From the NCBI GenBank assembly GCA_951406725.2, contig OX597821.1:114638001-114702000 (forward strand): DNA of 64,000 nt, read 5' to 3'. Both the position numbers and the translations under genes were made by a program. Of the stretch, positions 1 through 18,277 are shown one piece after another. The first letter of the stretch is position 1; each line of letters begins with the position of its first letter. The notes below the pieces were generated by a model. It was not told the origin of the DNA. It was given only the letters and a program-made list of their open reading frames with translations, and ran no database searches. This DNA is from Octopus vulgaris (lineage: Eukaryota).

Positions 1-13
1 GTGTCGTGTTTTT

Positions 14-88
14 ATTGGTTCGTGTGTAATGAACTCAAAGATTACCCAGTTATAAAATGTGTTAAACGGTTAAAGAAATGCTAATCAC
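14..88 (+). promoter_or_regulatory. Putative core promoter of peptide gene A (inverted CCAAT box, TATA box, Inr-like start near 83)
   Basis: ATTGG at 14-18, TATAAAA at 51-57, pyrimidine-A start about 32 nt downstream. All three are conserved in the inverted paralogous copy at 63910-63981. Confidence 0.6.
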
Positions 89-184
89 AGTGAAAAACCT
101 TTTCAAAGTCCATTGTGAGATTTTCTGATTTTCTGCAGCTGTAACCAATATTACAGTCCACCTCTGAGAATTGTGCTGTTTGCT
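83..184 (+). other. Gene A exon 1 (non-coding 5' UTR)
   Basis: No ATG; ends at consensus donor GCT|GTAAGT (185-190). 5 differences in 102 nt versus the reverse complement of 63812-63913, and similarity decays shortly after the donor. The start is inferred; an internal acceptor TTTTCTGCAG ending at 138 is an alternative. Confidence 0.65.
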
Positions 185-636
185 GTAAGTACGTTTGTTA
201 TTTGAACGGAATTCATTCCATTTCATTGTTAAAAGAAATTGAATATTTTTGTATGCAAATAAGAAAACTAACACATACGCGCACATATACCCATAGACGC
301 ATAAAGCACACTCGCATACAGATACACTAACCACACATATATTTACACCCCCCACACATATAAACAAACACATACGCACAAACATACACACATGTACCCA
401 TAGACGCACACGGATACACTAATCGCACATATATTTACACCCCATCTGCACACACAAATATACAGGGACATAAAAAGGTCTTTGTCGGAATAATATTGTA
501 TTGCCTTTTCTTTGAGATGTATTCAAGTTTTTCGCCAGAATTTAAGCTGTTGACAAGATTTTATTGCTTGAGTAAAGACAATTCTTGAGATCTGTCAATA
601 TGTGAATGGCTACATACATGTATGTATGTATATATA

Positions 637-5760
<5,124 letters not shown>

Positions 5761-6204
5761 GAGTTGCTTATTTGGATGGCCGTTGACTCTTCAGAGTTCA
5801 TCTGTCCATTGACAGGTCTACTTATTTAATCATGCAAGGTGACCAAATAACAAGGAAAACACCCTCCTCACAAAGCAAGCTCTGTGGGGTCGAGGGTTTG
5901 GTCGCCGAAGGCCGGCATCTGACAGCTGTGATTCAGTGGTTGAAAAATAAAACTGAGAGAGAAGGGGGAAGAAAGAGAAGGGAGAGAGGGGAGAGAGTGG
6001 GGAGAAAGAGGGAGGAGGTCCGTGAGAGAGAGAGAGAGGGGTACCGAGAGTGAACACAACGGACTTTAACAGTAGTTCAGTTACAGGAACTGGAAGACTT
6101 AAATATATTGTCGGGCAGCGTGGGAATTACTGCTGCTTATTACTAGGGTTGTAATGACTGACTGAAGGATGTCTTCAATGATAATGATGATAATGGCAGC
6201 AGTG

Positions 6205-6423
6205 AGTGATAGGGAGACAGGTATTTGACCGCATGTGTATCGTTGGCGATTTTCTTTCTCCGTATTCCCTTCCTTGGACCTTTCCTTTTTCTATGTTTCT
6301 GACGAAGAGCTTCGCTCAAAACGTTAAATCCTCCTTCTTTCTTTCCTTTCCTGAGCGTCCAATAACACTATACTTGTTCTACGTCCTCGCGTTGTTGTGC
6401 TTTCTCTTTGTTCATGTTTGGAT

Positions 6424-6430
<7 letters not shown>
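6205..6430 (+). mobile_element. Penelope-like terminal repeat fragment with degenerate hammerhead motif
   Basis: GTTT-CTGACGA-AGAGCTTCGCTC-AAAA-CG-TT-AAAT at ~6295-6339 (GAAA box mutated). Confidence 0.45.
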
Positions 6431-6504
<74 letters not shown>

Positions 6505-6674
6505 TAATCCAAACATAGTAATAATGTGTTTTGATTGGCACAACAATGCACAATAATAACTGGTGTAATTTAATCATCCATAGTCTGATATAATATTTCG
6601 GAATATTATTTCCCTAGGGACTGATGGAGTCACTGCCACAATTGATTTTCCAACGGCTGGAAAAAATGGACGCG

Positions 6675-6822
6675 TTGTGTCCTTGAGCAAGACACTTTAT
6701 TTCTTATTGCCTCTTGCCACACTCTGTGTCACGCTGAATCTTCCCGAGAACTACGTTGAGAGTACGCGTGTCTGGGGAGTGCTCAGCCACTTGCACGTTA
6801 ATTTCAGGAGCAAGCTGTTCGT
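6675..6822 (+). mobile_element. SINE family 3 fragment (related copies at 10795-11085 -, 11825-12115 -, 22665-22960 +, 41200-41355 -)
   Basis: Shared GTGTCCTTGAGCAAGACACTTTATTTC and/or GGAGTGCTCAGCCACTTGCACGTTAAT blocks; tRNA-like head (TGGTTAGGG..GTTTCGATTCC) in longer copies. Confidence 0.7.
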
Positions 6823-6826
6823 AGTG

Positions 6827-6832
<6 letters not shown>

Positions 6833-6897
<65 letters not shown>

Positions 6898-6908
6898 ATA
6901 TATATGTA

Positions 6909-6977
<69 letters not shown>
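6833..6977. repeat. (TA)n microsatellite
   Basis: Directly visible; similar tracts at 6428-6502, 14518-14586, 26382-26450, 44773-44848, 60120-60226. Confidence 0.95.
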
Positions 6978-6980
<3 letters not shown>

Positions 6981-8168
6981 GTCCCGTTGAAACCACAGTA
7001 AATAAGGTACCCATAGCAGAGTAACCCCATCCAATGGACGGTGCTGAGTTGTCAAACATTTAAACCAAATTTTCTCAAAACAACTTGTCCGACCGTCTCA
7101 TAGGCCTCCCCTTTGAGAAACACTGATTTAACTTAAATTTGAGACGCCAGCAAAAGAAGAAATGAAGATAGACTTTTTTCTATTCCAAAGAAAAACGATT
7201 TTATTCACACAAGTATGCAACCGAAGAGTTAAATGTACCAGTAATGATAAGGCTGTTGACTGGGAGAACACAAACATGGTTCAAACAGTAAGCTTGGCAG
7301 GAAAGAAACGTGCCTTTAAGCAGTACAAAAACAACAAAAAATGGAAAGTGCAGTTATGTACAGGTGACGGAAGAAAAGCAGGACAAAAACATCGCATGCA
7401 AATGGATTAGCTGGAGGTAAATCTAGATAGAAAAGCATGGTAATTGCGCGTACAAATGCACGTTCCCACGGCTTTATCGTTCGCATTCTCACCTGGAATC
7501 GATTTTTGTAATTTTTTCAAGACCTATACATGCCCTGATACCGTCGGTATCTACATATCAAATTTGAGCGCAATCGGATGGAGGATGCCCGAGATCCTAG
7601 AAGACATACACACAGACAGACAGAACGTATTTTATATAATAGATATATAATGAATGCACTGATGCAATACCATGCAGTGTTTCTCATAGCTTCTAATCTT
7701 AACTGTTTGTAAGTATTATCATGTATAGCAAATATTCTGCTCAGTACCCACAGATTTGTTTGTCAGTTGTTTGACCTTAACCAGTTGAGCATGTCCCTTA
7801 GTGGCTGACGATATACGCAACTCTGAACACGAGCAGAAGTAGTGGGGGACCATCGTAGCCATGTGTTGGGTGGAGTTCATTGGGGTTTGGATAATTCTTT
7901 GGGTGTTTCGTTCAATATCCTTAAACAACCCTTATTCAAGGACCTTTTGAGCGGGATGAACTACTCGACTTGAAGAAAATTCTAATTTGGGCCCCACTTG
8001 CAAGGTCATACGCTGTTTATCTTGATACGGGATCACCATCTTGTGCACATATGGTTATGATGTATGTGCCTAGTATACCCTTATCAGACGGGTAGCAATG
8101 ATCGAAATACTGGGCTTCGTATATTTTACCCGAGTGTCACTTTGATAGCATGCTCTGCTCTCCCCCTC

Positions 8169-8234
8169 AATAATAATAATAATGATAATAATAATAATAA
8201 TAATGATGATGATAATAATAATAATAATAATGAA

Positions 8235-8330
<96 letters not shown>

Positions 8331-8331
8331 T
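8169..8331. repeat. (AAT)n microsatellite followed by a minus-strand LINE-type 3' tail
   Basis: Directly visible; the next bases TTCTTTACTAACCACAGGG resemble the reverse complement of the Tx1/SINE tail. Confidence 0.9.
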
Positions 8332-10619
8332 TCTTTACTAACCACAGGGATTTACATTAAGAAAATACATTATGGACAGTAACGGGCAAAACAAAGAATG
8401 TATGTGTGTATGTGTGTGAGTGAGTGTTGTGAGGATTTTGCGTGTAAACAAGACTAACAAAATTATGAAAAAGAAAGAAATCAATAATGTGTAATCCTCA
8501 AAAGGGAGGAGACGTTCGAGGGCTGCTCATGGAAAGACCCCATAAAAACCATGGGTACCCTGACTTTGGGGCCAGGTGCCTTTAATAATAATAATAATAA
8601 TGACCTTAACTAGTGCTCAGGTGCTTTACAACTCCTCGGAAAAGGGGACCGAAAGCAGCTTTAAGTCAAGTAAAGAAAGAAAATAATGAAAGCCAAAATG
8701 ATTTTGTACAATAGACAGAATAAAATACAAAGAAAAGTGAAGTTTAAAAGAGCCATAAAGAAGAAATGGTGAATAGATATGTCAGGAATAATGTTGGTGA
8801 ATTTGGGGAAGGATGGTATTTTGGGAAGGATGCAATGCTCTCACAGTTAACTGCTGATGTGGGTAGTTTATGCCATGTTTCGGCAATTCTGAGCATGGAA
8901 AAATGTTTCCGAAAGTCATGAGTGCAGCACTGTTTTGTTTGTTTCTTTCTTTTCACTCGCACACGTGCGCGCGCGCCTGTGAATCACTTTTATGTCATTA
9001 ATACATAAGTATATGTCTTTGTGTCTGTTTGTCCCTACCACTTCTTGATAACCGGTGTTGGTGTATTTACGTCTCCGTAACTTAGCGGCTCGACAAAAGG
9101 CACCTATAAAATAAGTACCACGCTTAAAAATGAATAAGTCCTGGGCTTGATTCATTCGACTAAAAATTCATCAAGGCGGTGCCCCAGAATGGCTGCAGTC
9201 CAATGACTGAAACAAGGAAAAGAGCAAAGAAGTTCACATTTATATAGAGAACGACCAGACCTGATGACCGGACATAAACGTTTCGTGTCTCTCCCGGGCA
9301 AAGACATCAGATCTATCATGTCTGGTTTGATAGAAGTCTTCAAGGGAGATGTTCCACCGATATTTCTACTGAAGTGTATTAATCTACTCGACAACAAAAG
9401 CAAAAGTACTTATATATCGATCTCAGATCGGTGTTTCCTATCAATGGCAAAGTAAGGCGGCGAACTGGCAGAATCGTTAGCATGCCAGACAAAATGCCCG
9501 TTTTTACGTTCTGAGTTCGAATTCCACCGAGGTCGACTTTGCTTGTCATCCTCTCAGGGTCGATAAAATAAGTACCAGTTTCTTATGACCAGAGTCCATA
9601 CTTATATCAGCTGAAAAAGGTTGTAATTAAATCCAGCTGTTTCTCAGCATTGTAAATATTTCCATTATAGATCTATAGATCGTCCACAAAGAAATTGTGG
9701 TTTACAGTAGTATCTTGTTGTGGATCTCAGTACATTAATAACAGGATTTTTGTATTATGAAAGAAATGACAGTGGGTTTAGTGCCAAAATAAACAGTAAC
9801 ACAGACATTGTGTCTCGCTGGAATATTCCTTTAGAAATATGCATAACGACAAAACAATCTTTCCGCTTTCAGATAAAAGTGCGAGGATTGTTGATTGATG
9901 TCTTTGTGAATCTTTCAACGTTATTAACTAGGTCAGTAGGTACTCTTGCCAAGTGTTGAGACTTTAGCAACAACGAGCGGAGAATAGAATCAAATACATT
10001 TTTGCAACTGAATCGTTATTATTTTCTTCTATTTCCTTATTTCAGACAAAACAGGTTTATTTAATCAAAACTGTTAGACACAAACCACCCCCATACTCCC
10101 CCGCTCCCCATACTCTTTTTCTTCCTGCTTGTTCATTTGTTACTATATTGTTAGACTTACTTTGATCTTGGTTCAGACAGCTTGTCTAAACTTTATACGT
10201 AATAGTCAGCAAGCAATGGGACTTATAATGCTTTGCCAAATCATTATTTATATTTTGGGCGAAAAAATTTATCCTCAGTGTAGAGAAGTTGCAGGTTTGA
10301 AATAGTTATCCATAGATATTCTCCTTTTTACTGATTTTGGAAGAGATGTTCTCGTTTATGAATGTACATAACTTTTCGTTTTTCTTCCAAATAACTATGT
10401 CAGGTCTGTTACGTTTACGCACGGTATAAGTTTTGAATATTCCACCAATGTTCTTTGTGCTAATATGTATGCATTGCATAGCAGCGGTGCTTTTTAAAAA
10501 TATTTATTCCAGAGCAGTCCTTTCTGTGGATTATATTGTATTTTCTTGTAGCAACATCATGTCCTAACGGGAAGTAGCACCTCGATAAAATTTTTGAGCA
10601 CCTACTGGTTAAATGTGAG

Positions 10620-10790
10620 TGTGACATCCTTCAGTCATGAATGACCATGGAATTGCACCTAGAAAGTTACCCTCCGAGGTACAAGTCTGGGAAAGGTTGT
10701 TTATGGAAGACCAGCAGTCGCCCACGCATACCAGCATCCTCTCTCCACGCCCCCGATGTTATCCAAGGAAAAGGCAAAGGCCGATACGTC
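10620..10790 (-). mobile_element. Short non-autonomous element sharing sequence with the RTE 5' region
   Basis: GTTTATGGAAGACCAGCAGTCGCC..TGTTATCCAAGGAAAAGGC matches 5483-5560 of the RTE element. Confidence 0.6.
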
Positions 10791-11361
10791 GCAGCTCATT
10801 TATTAACGTGCAAGTGGCTGAGCACTCCACATACACGTAGTTCTCGAGAAGATTCAGCATAACACAGAGTGTGACAAGGCTGGCCCTTTGAAATACAGGT
10901 ACAACAGAAACAGGAAGAAAGAGTGAGAAAAAGTTGTGGTGAAAGAGTACAGCAGGGTTCACCACCACCCCCTGCCAGAGCCTCGTGGAGCTTTAGGTAT
11001 TTTCGCTCAATAAACACTCACAATGCCCGATCTGGGAATCGAAACCGTGAGTCCGCTGCCCTAACCACTGGGCCATTGCGCTTCCATCTACTGGTTAAAT
11101 ATGTTACGTCTTTTAAAGAAGAGTGATATGATCGACATTTGTGGTTCCATATAAGGATTTTAAAGGCTTCGCAGTCTCGTTTGTCCGTGAAATATTTTAT
11201 GACTATCTCCTGGTCTTGGATTATAGCCTCCAAGATGTGATTAGGACAAAGGACACGAAAATAAGAACAATAATAAAGCTGAAGTGAAGAACGAATATAT
11301 AGTGCTTGTGTGTTTATTTGGCAAAAGAAAGTGACCGCCCCGAGATATAACAACATACACA

Positions 11362-11410
<49 letters not shown>

Positions 11411-12384
11411 GACGGGTTTCTTTCAGTTTCCGTGTACCAAATCAACTCACAAGGTTTTGGTCGGCCCGAGGCTAGCGTAGAAGACACTTGTCCAAAACAC
11501 CACATAGTGGGACTGAACTCGGAACCATGTGGTTGGGAAGCAACCTTTTTACCACACAGCCACGACTGCACTTGTATGTGTGGATTATGTATATATGTAT
11601 ATAATGGATGTTTGTACGTATGTGTGCGTGATACTATGTTTTTAGGTATGTATGGGTGTATGTGTATGCGTGTACTACGCGTGATTGTATGCATGAATGT
11701 ATGTATGCATATATGTGTATGCATATGCTTGCGGATGTATGTTTTCAAGCATACATGCTACTGCATGCATGGATGGGCATATTTTGATTTACGTGTGTGT
11801 ACGTATGTATATGTTTAAATCCCTACACACGAGCGATTGGTACTCCGTCAGTTACGACGACGAGTGTTCTAGCCTGCTCGTGAAATTAATGTGGAAATGG
11901 CTGAGCACTCCACAGACACGCGTACCCTTGGGGAGATTCGGGGTGACATAGAAAGTGACAAGGCTGACCCCTTTGAAATTACACGTACAATTCATTTTTG
12001 CCAGCTGAGTGGGCTGGAGCAACGTGAAATAAAGTGTCTTGTTCAAGGACACAACTTGCCGCTGGGAATCGAACTCGTGACGCGGGTCGAATATCCTAAC
12101 CACTGAGCTACGCTCCTTTATGTGTATATGTATCTATTATAGGCTTCAGGAATGTTTTCGATATTTTCGCATTTCTATTAGCATTTTGTAATAAAAATAT
12201 CTTAATCAATCATCTCCTATATCGTTTTGTGAAGCTCGTCTTCCCGAGATCGTTACGGAAGCTGTCAGGTATATATTCAAGTCCCTTATAATTTACAGTG
12301 CAGATGGTGAATACGTAGGTGCCTCTTTATTTCAGCATAGGAGCTTTCTTTTCCTCCTGTCTTTAACATTATATTAACTTATCC

Positions 12385-12602
12385 AAGGCGGCGCACTGGT
12401 AGAGTCGTTGGCACGCCGGGCAAAATGCTTAGCGGTAGTTCGTCTGCCGTTACGTTCTGAGTTCAAATTCTGCCGAGGTCGACTTTGCCTTTCATCCTTT
12501 CGGGGTTGATTAAATAAGTACCAGTTACACTCTAGGGTCGATGTAATCGACTTACCCGCTCCCCGAAAATTTCAGGCCTTGTGCCTATAATAGAAAGGAT
12601 TA
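12385..12602 (+). mobile_element. SINE family 1 (Nin/Deu-domain-like); other copies 9454-9580 +, 20455-20630 -, 34049-34155 +, 34910-35140 -, 35508-35706 -, 43690-43797 -
   Basis: Head AAGGCGGCG..GTTCTGAGTTCAAATTC (A/B-box-like) and central GCCTTTCATCCTTTCGGGGTCGATAAATAAGTACCAG recurring across the window. Confidence 0.8.
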
Positions 12603-14514
12603 TATTAACTTATTCTGGATAATTGAATTTTGCTATTGTGCTCGCTTTCTCTGTCTCAGATCATTATGTTTGGTCTGTTGTGCCTACACTTTACGCTTGT
12701 TTTCACTGGAACATTACGCCAGTGTTCTTTCATATATTATAGATGAGTATCTCCTCTGCATCACTGTATCTTTTAAAACTTTTATAATTTTTCGAAATGG
12801 ATTTCGTCCAAAGAATCTTCGGAGTAACATTACCAGACAGGGTGCACGGATCAGAGATCAGGAAGTCTCTTCAGGTCGAACTGCAACTTTTCCACATTTT
12901 AGGACACTGATTTATTGTATGAAACCAGCTATGAAGATCGTACTTTTTATCTTGGTGTTATATTCTCTGGTAGCACGTTCCTTGTTACAAGGATATATTC
13001 TCATCCATTCCTAATTACTAAAGAAATAGTTTTTCCACTGACAGCGATGTTCCTCGTTTGACTCTGTAGACCGCCTTCGTTTTACTATAAGACAGGAACA
13101 TTTATCTTGGCCAAACTCTCTCCTTTTATCGATTGATAATGTCGTATTCAGGTAAAGATTCTTTTTCATAACATTAGTAGTTTTAACAATCCTTCAGATC
13201 ATGCACAAAGAAGTTGTGTCAGATTGGTTTAGATTTCCTCAACAAAAAGGATAAGGGCTTCACTAAAAGTATTAACAGAAATAAGGAGAGACGGTTTCTT
13301 ACAATACTTTACTTTCTCAGTGATGTTATAACCACTTCCAATATGTAACGTCAGGATAATGGCCCAGGACGAAGCCAGGTTGTCTATGGCACTGACTACG
13401 GTCTCTGGAACTTTAGCAAGTTGAATAACCTCTAGCATCCATGGTATGCGGGGCAGAATCAAATGTCTACATGAAACGCAGCCATACTTCAAATAATTCT
13501 TTCCTATACCGACGCACCTCTGACATCACAGATTTATTGTTCAAAACCAACTCACCTCATTAACAAACTCCTTTTTCCCCCAGAGGAATAGGTTTAGACA
13601 GGCTTCATAAAATTTTATTCATTAGATTCTGACACGAAATTGGTGTGAGTGGTTTTGCTTTTATTATCAGATTTGTTTATGTTAATGCCAGCTAGTTTGC
13701 TATATTCAGATCTTTATTGTTTGCTGGTAAATTTCAATAACATAACCGTGATAAAATGTTTAGATTTTTTTCCTCCCAGCAGCCGACAGTAAAATCTCTC
13801 TCACTTTTCTCTCCTTCCCTTTGTACCAATAGCTGACAATCAAATTGATGCTTTCTGATTTGAGATTTTTCTACCAATCTCAAAGGCACCAGCATTTATA
13901 AGGTATACTTTGGTGTAAGGCAAATCTTTTTCGCATTCCAGATTTATCTCCCGAATGAGTCACTATATTCCTAGAACGATTCTTTGAGATTTCTCTTGAT
14001 TGTTTCCTCATCTCACGGATAATTAGTTTCGATGAAATTTCGAATTATTTTTCTTTCAGCAACTCGTTTCTGATGCTCTAGGTATGGTTTTAATAATCGT
14101 GGACACCTCTGACTTCCCCCATCTTCCAAATTCTGTTAATGTACCGCTTTGTCATTCTAGCTTTACACACAGCCCCAACGTATGTAATATTGTCGCCAAT
14201 TCCAGGATACTTGTAGCAATTCGTCTTTGAAGATAGAAGCAGGCCTTCGATATCCATATCTGATCAACAATCTTTGCTTGATTGATTTACCATATATGCT
14301 TAAGGTCATCGATATAAACGAACGATATTAAATGTTCTCTTCATCTCTACAGATGCTACCATGTAGCTTTGACATTTGCTCAACTGTACTGACAAAAGGT
14401 TCACTCCCAGAACAAACAGACAAGCTGTCAGTTTGAAATATTCCTATCGATAACCTAATCCTGTTCTTGACTATAGTCCTTACTTCAGTTTTTACTGATA
14501 GTTACGTCGACCAT

Positions 14515-14517
<3 letters not shown>

Positions 14518-14586
<69 letters not shown>

Positions 14587-14950
14587 CATACATACATATG
14601 TATACGTATGTATTAACGATGTATGTATGCATGCATGTATGTATGTATGCATGTATGTATGTATGTATGTATGTATGTATGTATGTATGTATGTATGTAT
14701 GTATGTATGTATGCATGCATTATTTATGTATATGTATACGTTTGCATGTATGCTTGTGGGTGTGATATAGCCATATATGTGTGAATATATCTATGGTTAC
14801 AGAATTTCTTATATTATCAGGAATTACAAAACCAACCCTATGAATGTGGCAAACAAATGATCGATACAATTTTTTTTCTTTCTTTCTTTACATATTTCTT
14901 TTCTTCCTTCTTTCTCTCTTTCTTTACTTTTCTTTTCTTCCTTCTTTCTC

Positions 14951-14990
<40 letters not shown>

Positions 14991-15202
14991 TCCTTACGCC
15001 CCTCTCCCACACACATGCATATCTGTCTGTATGTGTACGTGTGTGTACGCATACATACAGTTTTTGTATATTTAGTAGTACAAAATCAATAAATCGTCAT
15101 AGTAGAAGTATTTAGAATTTGATCATGTCTATTATGTGTAAGGTAAACAGGATTGAATATTTAATCCAGCTTACTAACACATGACAAACATTTACACATG
15201 TA

Positions 15203-15247
<45 letters not shown>

Positions 15248-15290
15248 GTGTGATATATATAAAGATATATATAAAAAAGTAAGAAAAAAG

Positions 15291-15321
<31 letters not shown>

Positions 15322-15420
15322 ATGTATGTATGTATGTATGTATGTATGTATGTATGTATGTATGTATGTATGTATGTATGTATGTATGTATGTATGTATG
15401 TATGTATATGTGTCTGTATG
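14518..15420. repeat. Cluster of (TA)n, (TATG)n and (TTTC)n microsatellites
   Basis: Directly visible. Confidence 0.9.
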
Positions 15421-15789
15421 TATATACCTTAAGTTCGTTTACGCGATAATAAAATACCTTTTATATGCATATTCAAAATGCCTCCATCTCCTTCCTCTCT
15501 TTCTATCACCGCCACCCTCCCCACCAAATACACACAGAAATGCCCACATACCCAAATCAATCTTTTCATTGGTCAAAATTCATCAGCAACCCTCTGTTAA
15601 AAATCCGTTAATGCCATATCAGCCGATGAAATGAATGCATGAACATGATCTACCCGATCTCCATAGCTACTACAGACTGTACTGTAATTATCCCAGGAAT
15701 ATGGACTATGATCTTAAGAAACATGTGATTTGTGGAAACGCTCGTAGCAATGTATGAAAATATTTATAAATTCTCTCCATAGATTTACT

Positions 15790-15821
<32 letters not shown>

Positions 15822-15831
15822 TATCATTATT

Positions 15832-15906
<75 letters not shown>

Positions 15907-16149
15907 TGTTTTGCTTTTGCTTTGTATTTGTACAAGCTGCCTCCGTGTGTCACTCAGAGACCTCAAGAGACAAGCTAGAAGTTCAAGTTGTTGTTATGAC
16001 TAGGGTACCATGTATTTGGTTTTGCTCAGAGTATTGTTCTAGAGAATATCTGTCAAAACATAAGTAAATTAGAAGCTTGTTTTAAAAGTAATTTGATTAT
16101 AATACGTTGGTGTGATGTTAAGACGACAGTAAAAGGGTTTTTTGCTATT

Positions 16150-16690
16150 ATGTACATTTTAAAGTATTTTGACAATGTTTACCGATTAAATTATTTTAGG
16201 GATTACAGAGACAATATTTTACGTAGGATATGGGCAGTTCCCATAAGCACTATTTTTTGAATTTCTTCCATTTTAGGATTTCCTGATATCTGAGATAGGT
16301 AGCAATCAACCCCTTTTGCTATCATTCCGAGGCCATCTATGACAACAGGTATTATTTTAGTCGTGAGGTTCTACATTTTGCCAATCTCTATTTTAAGATC
16401 TCACTACTTGCTCAGTTTTTAGGACTTGACAGATACATTTATGTCGATTGGGACAGTTCTATCGATGAGGAGGTATGATTTTTCCAATCTGGCCTATTTG
16501 CATCTATCTTTCTGTCAGTTAGAACGGTGAAGTTCCAGAGGAGTAAGATGTGGTCATTTTCAAACACTGGCGGTGGTTTGTGTTCCCACCAGTTTTTATC
16601 ATGGGGCGGGCCCAAATTTTTGTAAATTACCCAGTGAATATACTGTGCTGCTCTGTCATACCTGTTGAGATACTCTGTGCAAGAAGACTG
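16150..16690 (-). mobile_element. R4/Dong-clade LINE 3' fragment (restriction-like endonuclease domain)
   Basis: EYLNRYDRAAQYIHW..WWEHKP..LLWNF..TDRKIDANRPD corresponds to the RHD and PD-(D/E) region of RLE-encoding LINEs; frameshifted. Confidence 0.8.
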
Positions 16691-18277
16691 CACATGGAGA
16701 CAACTTGATCGATGGTTTTATTTTGCTGTTTACATACACATGTTGGGCTACTATCATCATCATCATCATCATCATCATCATCGTCATCATCATCATCACC
16801 ATCATCAACATCATCATCATATTTCTGTGTGTGTGTTCGTGTGTGTGTGAGTGAGTGAGTGTGTGTGTATTTTACAAAGCTTAACTGTAACTTAAATTAA
16901 AATGTGAAGATGTGCGGGGAAAAAAAAAGCTGGTTTGCACTTCAAGTGGGGGTAAAAATTTAAAGAGGCAACGACAACGGAAATAGCAGTTACAATAACG
17001 CCAATACAAAGGATTGAAAAACAAATTAGCCTCCGGTAAAGAACGATAGTTAAGAAACGTCAGATATAAAACGGAGCTCACTGCAAAAAAAAAAAAAAAA
17101 TTCATCAAAAGTATAGTTAACGACTTCAGATACAAAATAGCAATTTATGAAATAAATAAATTTAGCAAAGCATGATAGAAATGATGTAAAGCCTCTAATC
17201 GGCAGATGGTGGATATCACTCAATAAATAGATGATAAACAAATAAACAACTAAGATATGACACCGATTAGTAAAAGAGGTGAATAGACAATGGATAAGGA
17301 GGGGGAATGATAATAGATTAGCAGGTGAAATGATTTCAGATTTGGCGAATAGCAACCGATACACAGATAAACTGTTTCAGGAAGACAATCTCAAACAGAC
17401 AGGATCAACTGGAACACTCCTCGTCGTAACCGACGGAGTGACAGAGCGCGCGCGCGCGTTGCTTCAGAAAAGATTCAGTCAATTGCTGCTCAAGTTATGG
17501 CTAATCCTATTATAAATTTCGGTGATGTTTCTCTGTCCTTTACGTTTTTATGTTAGTTAACTCCTCCTAGACCGTTAGTGCAAAGACAACAAAACTCAAA
17601 CCAGCAACTTCTCTAATCCCAGGGAATGTTCTAAGGGGGGTCTATTTTTTTAAGGCCGCCTACTTGGGGCCCTACTACTCCCCTGCTATTTTTACTGCAT
17701 TTAAAACTAGATACATGGCATTGGCGACCAAATCGGAGCAATGACAATGAGTTTCGCACCATGAAATCTCGGGGAATATCGTAAGGAGGTTAAATTTCTG
17801 AAGGGCCACTTAAATGGGGCCCCACTGACCAACTCCCCTATTTTTACTGCATTTACCTGGCTCCTAGTGAGATAAAAAAAGAACCTAGTTCGTGATTTCT
17901 ATTCATGCAGTTCATTGTTTACATGTATTACTTATGAGCAAAGACGTCCCACCCAGCCACGACTATCTAGCATTATAATATTCAGCATAAAACATCCAGG
18001 TCTGTATTATCCAATACATACATCTTTTTTTCTTTTTAAGACTGCAGAGAGTAATTTGAAGTAGATTTTACTGATGTTTCTAGCCAGTCAAACAATCGCA
18101 TAAAGGCTCTTTCAACGCTTACAGATTTTGTTTGTGAGAGAAAAATCTTTGCTAACCAAGTTAACGTTCAAAATTGCTGCAGTAAATGTTAAATGAGAAG
18201 ATTTTTAAACAAGTCAGCTGTTAACGACAGGCTAACAATTACACTGTTAGAGAAATGCTTTCTCACGTATGTAGATA

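Larger units (their letters stand above)
9230..14490 (-). mobile_element. Highly decayed non-LTR retrotransposon debris (R4/Dong-like RT) interrupted by SINEs
   Basis: Minus strand HLISFVYIDDLK near 14297-14335 and a YKYPGI motif near 14198-14218; no long ORF. Boundaries and number of elements uncertain. Confidence 0.45.
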
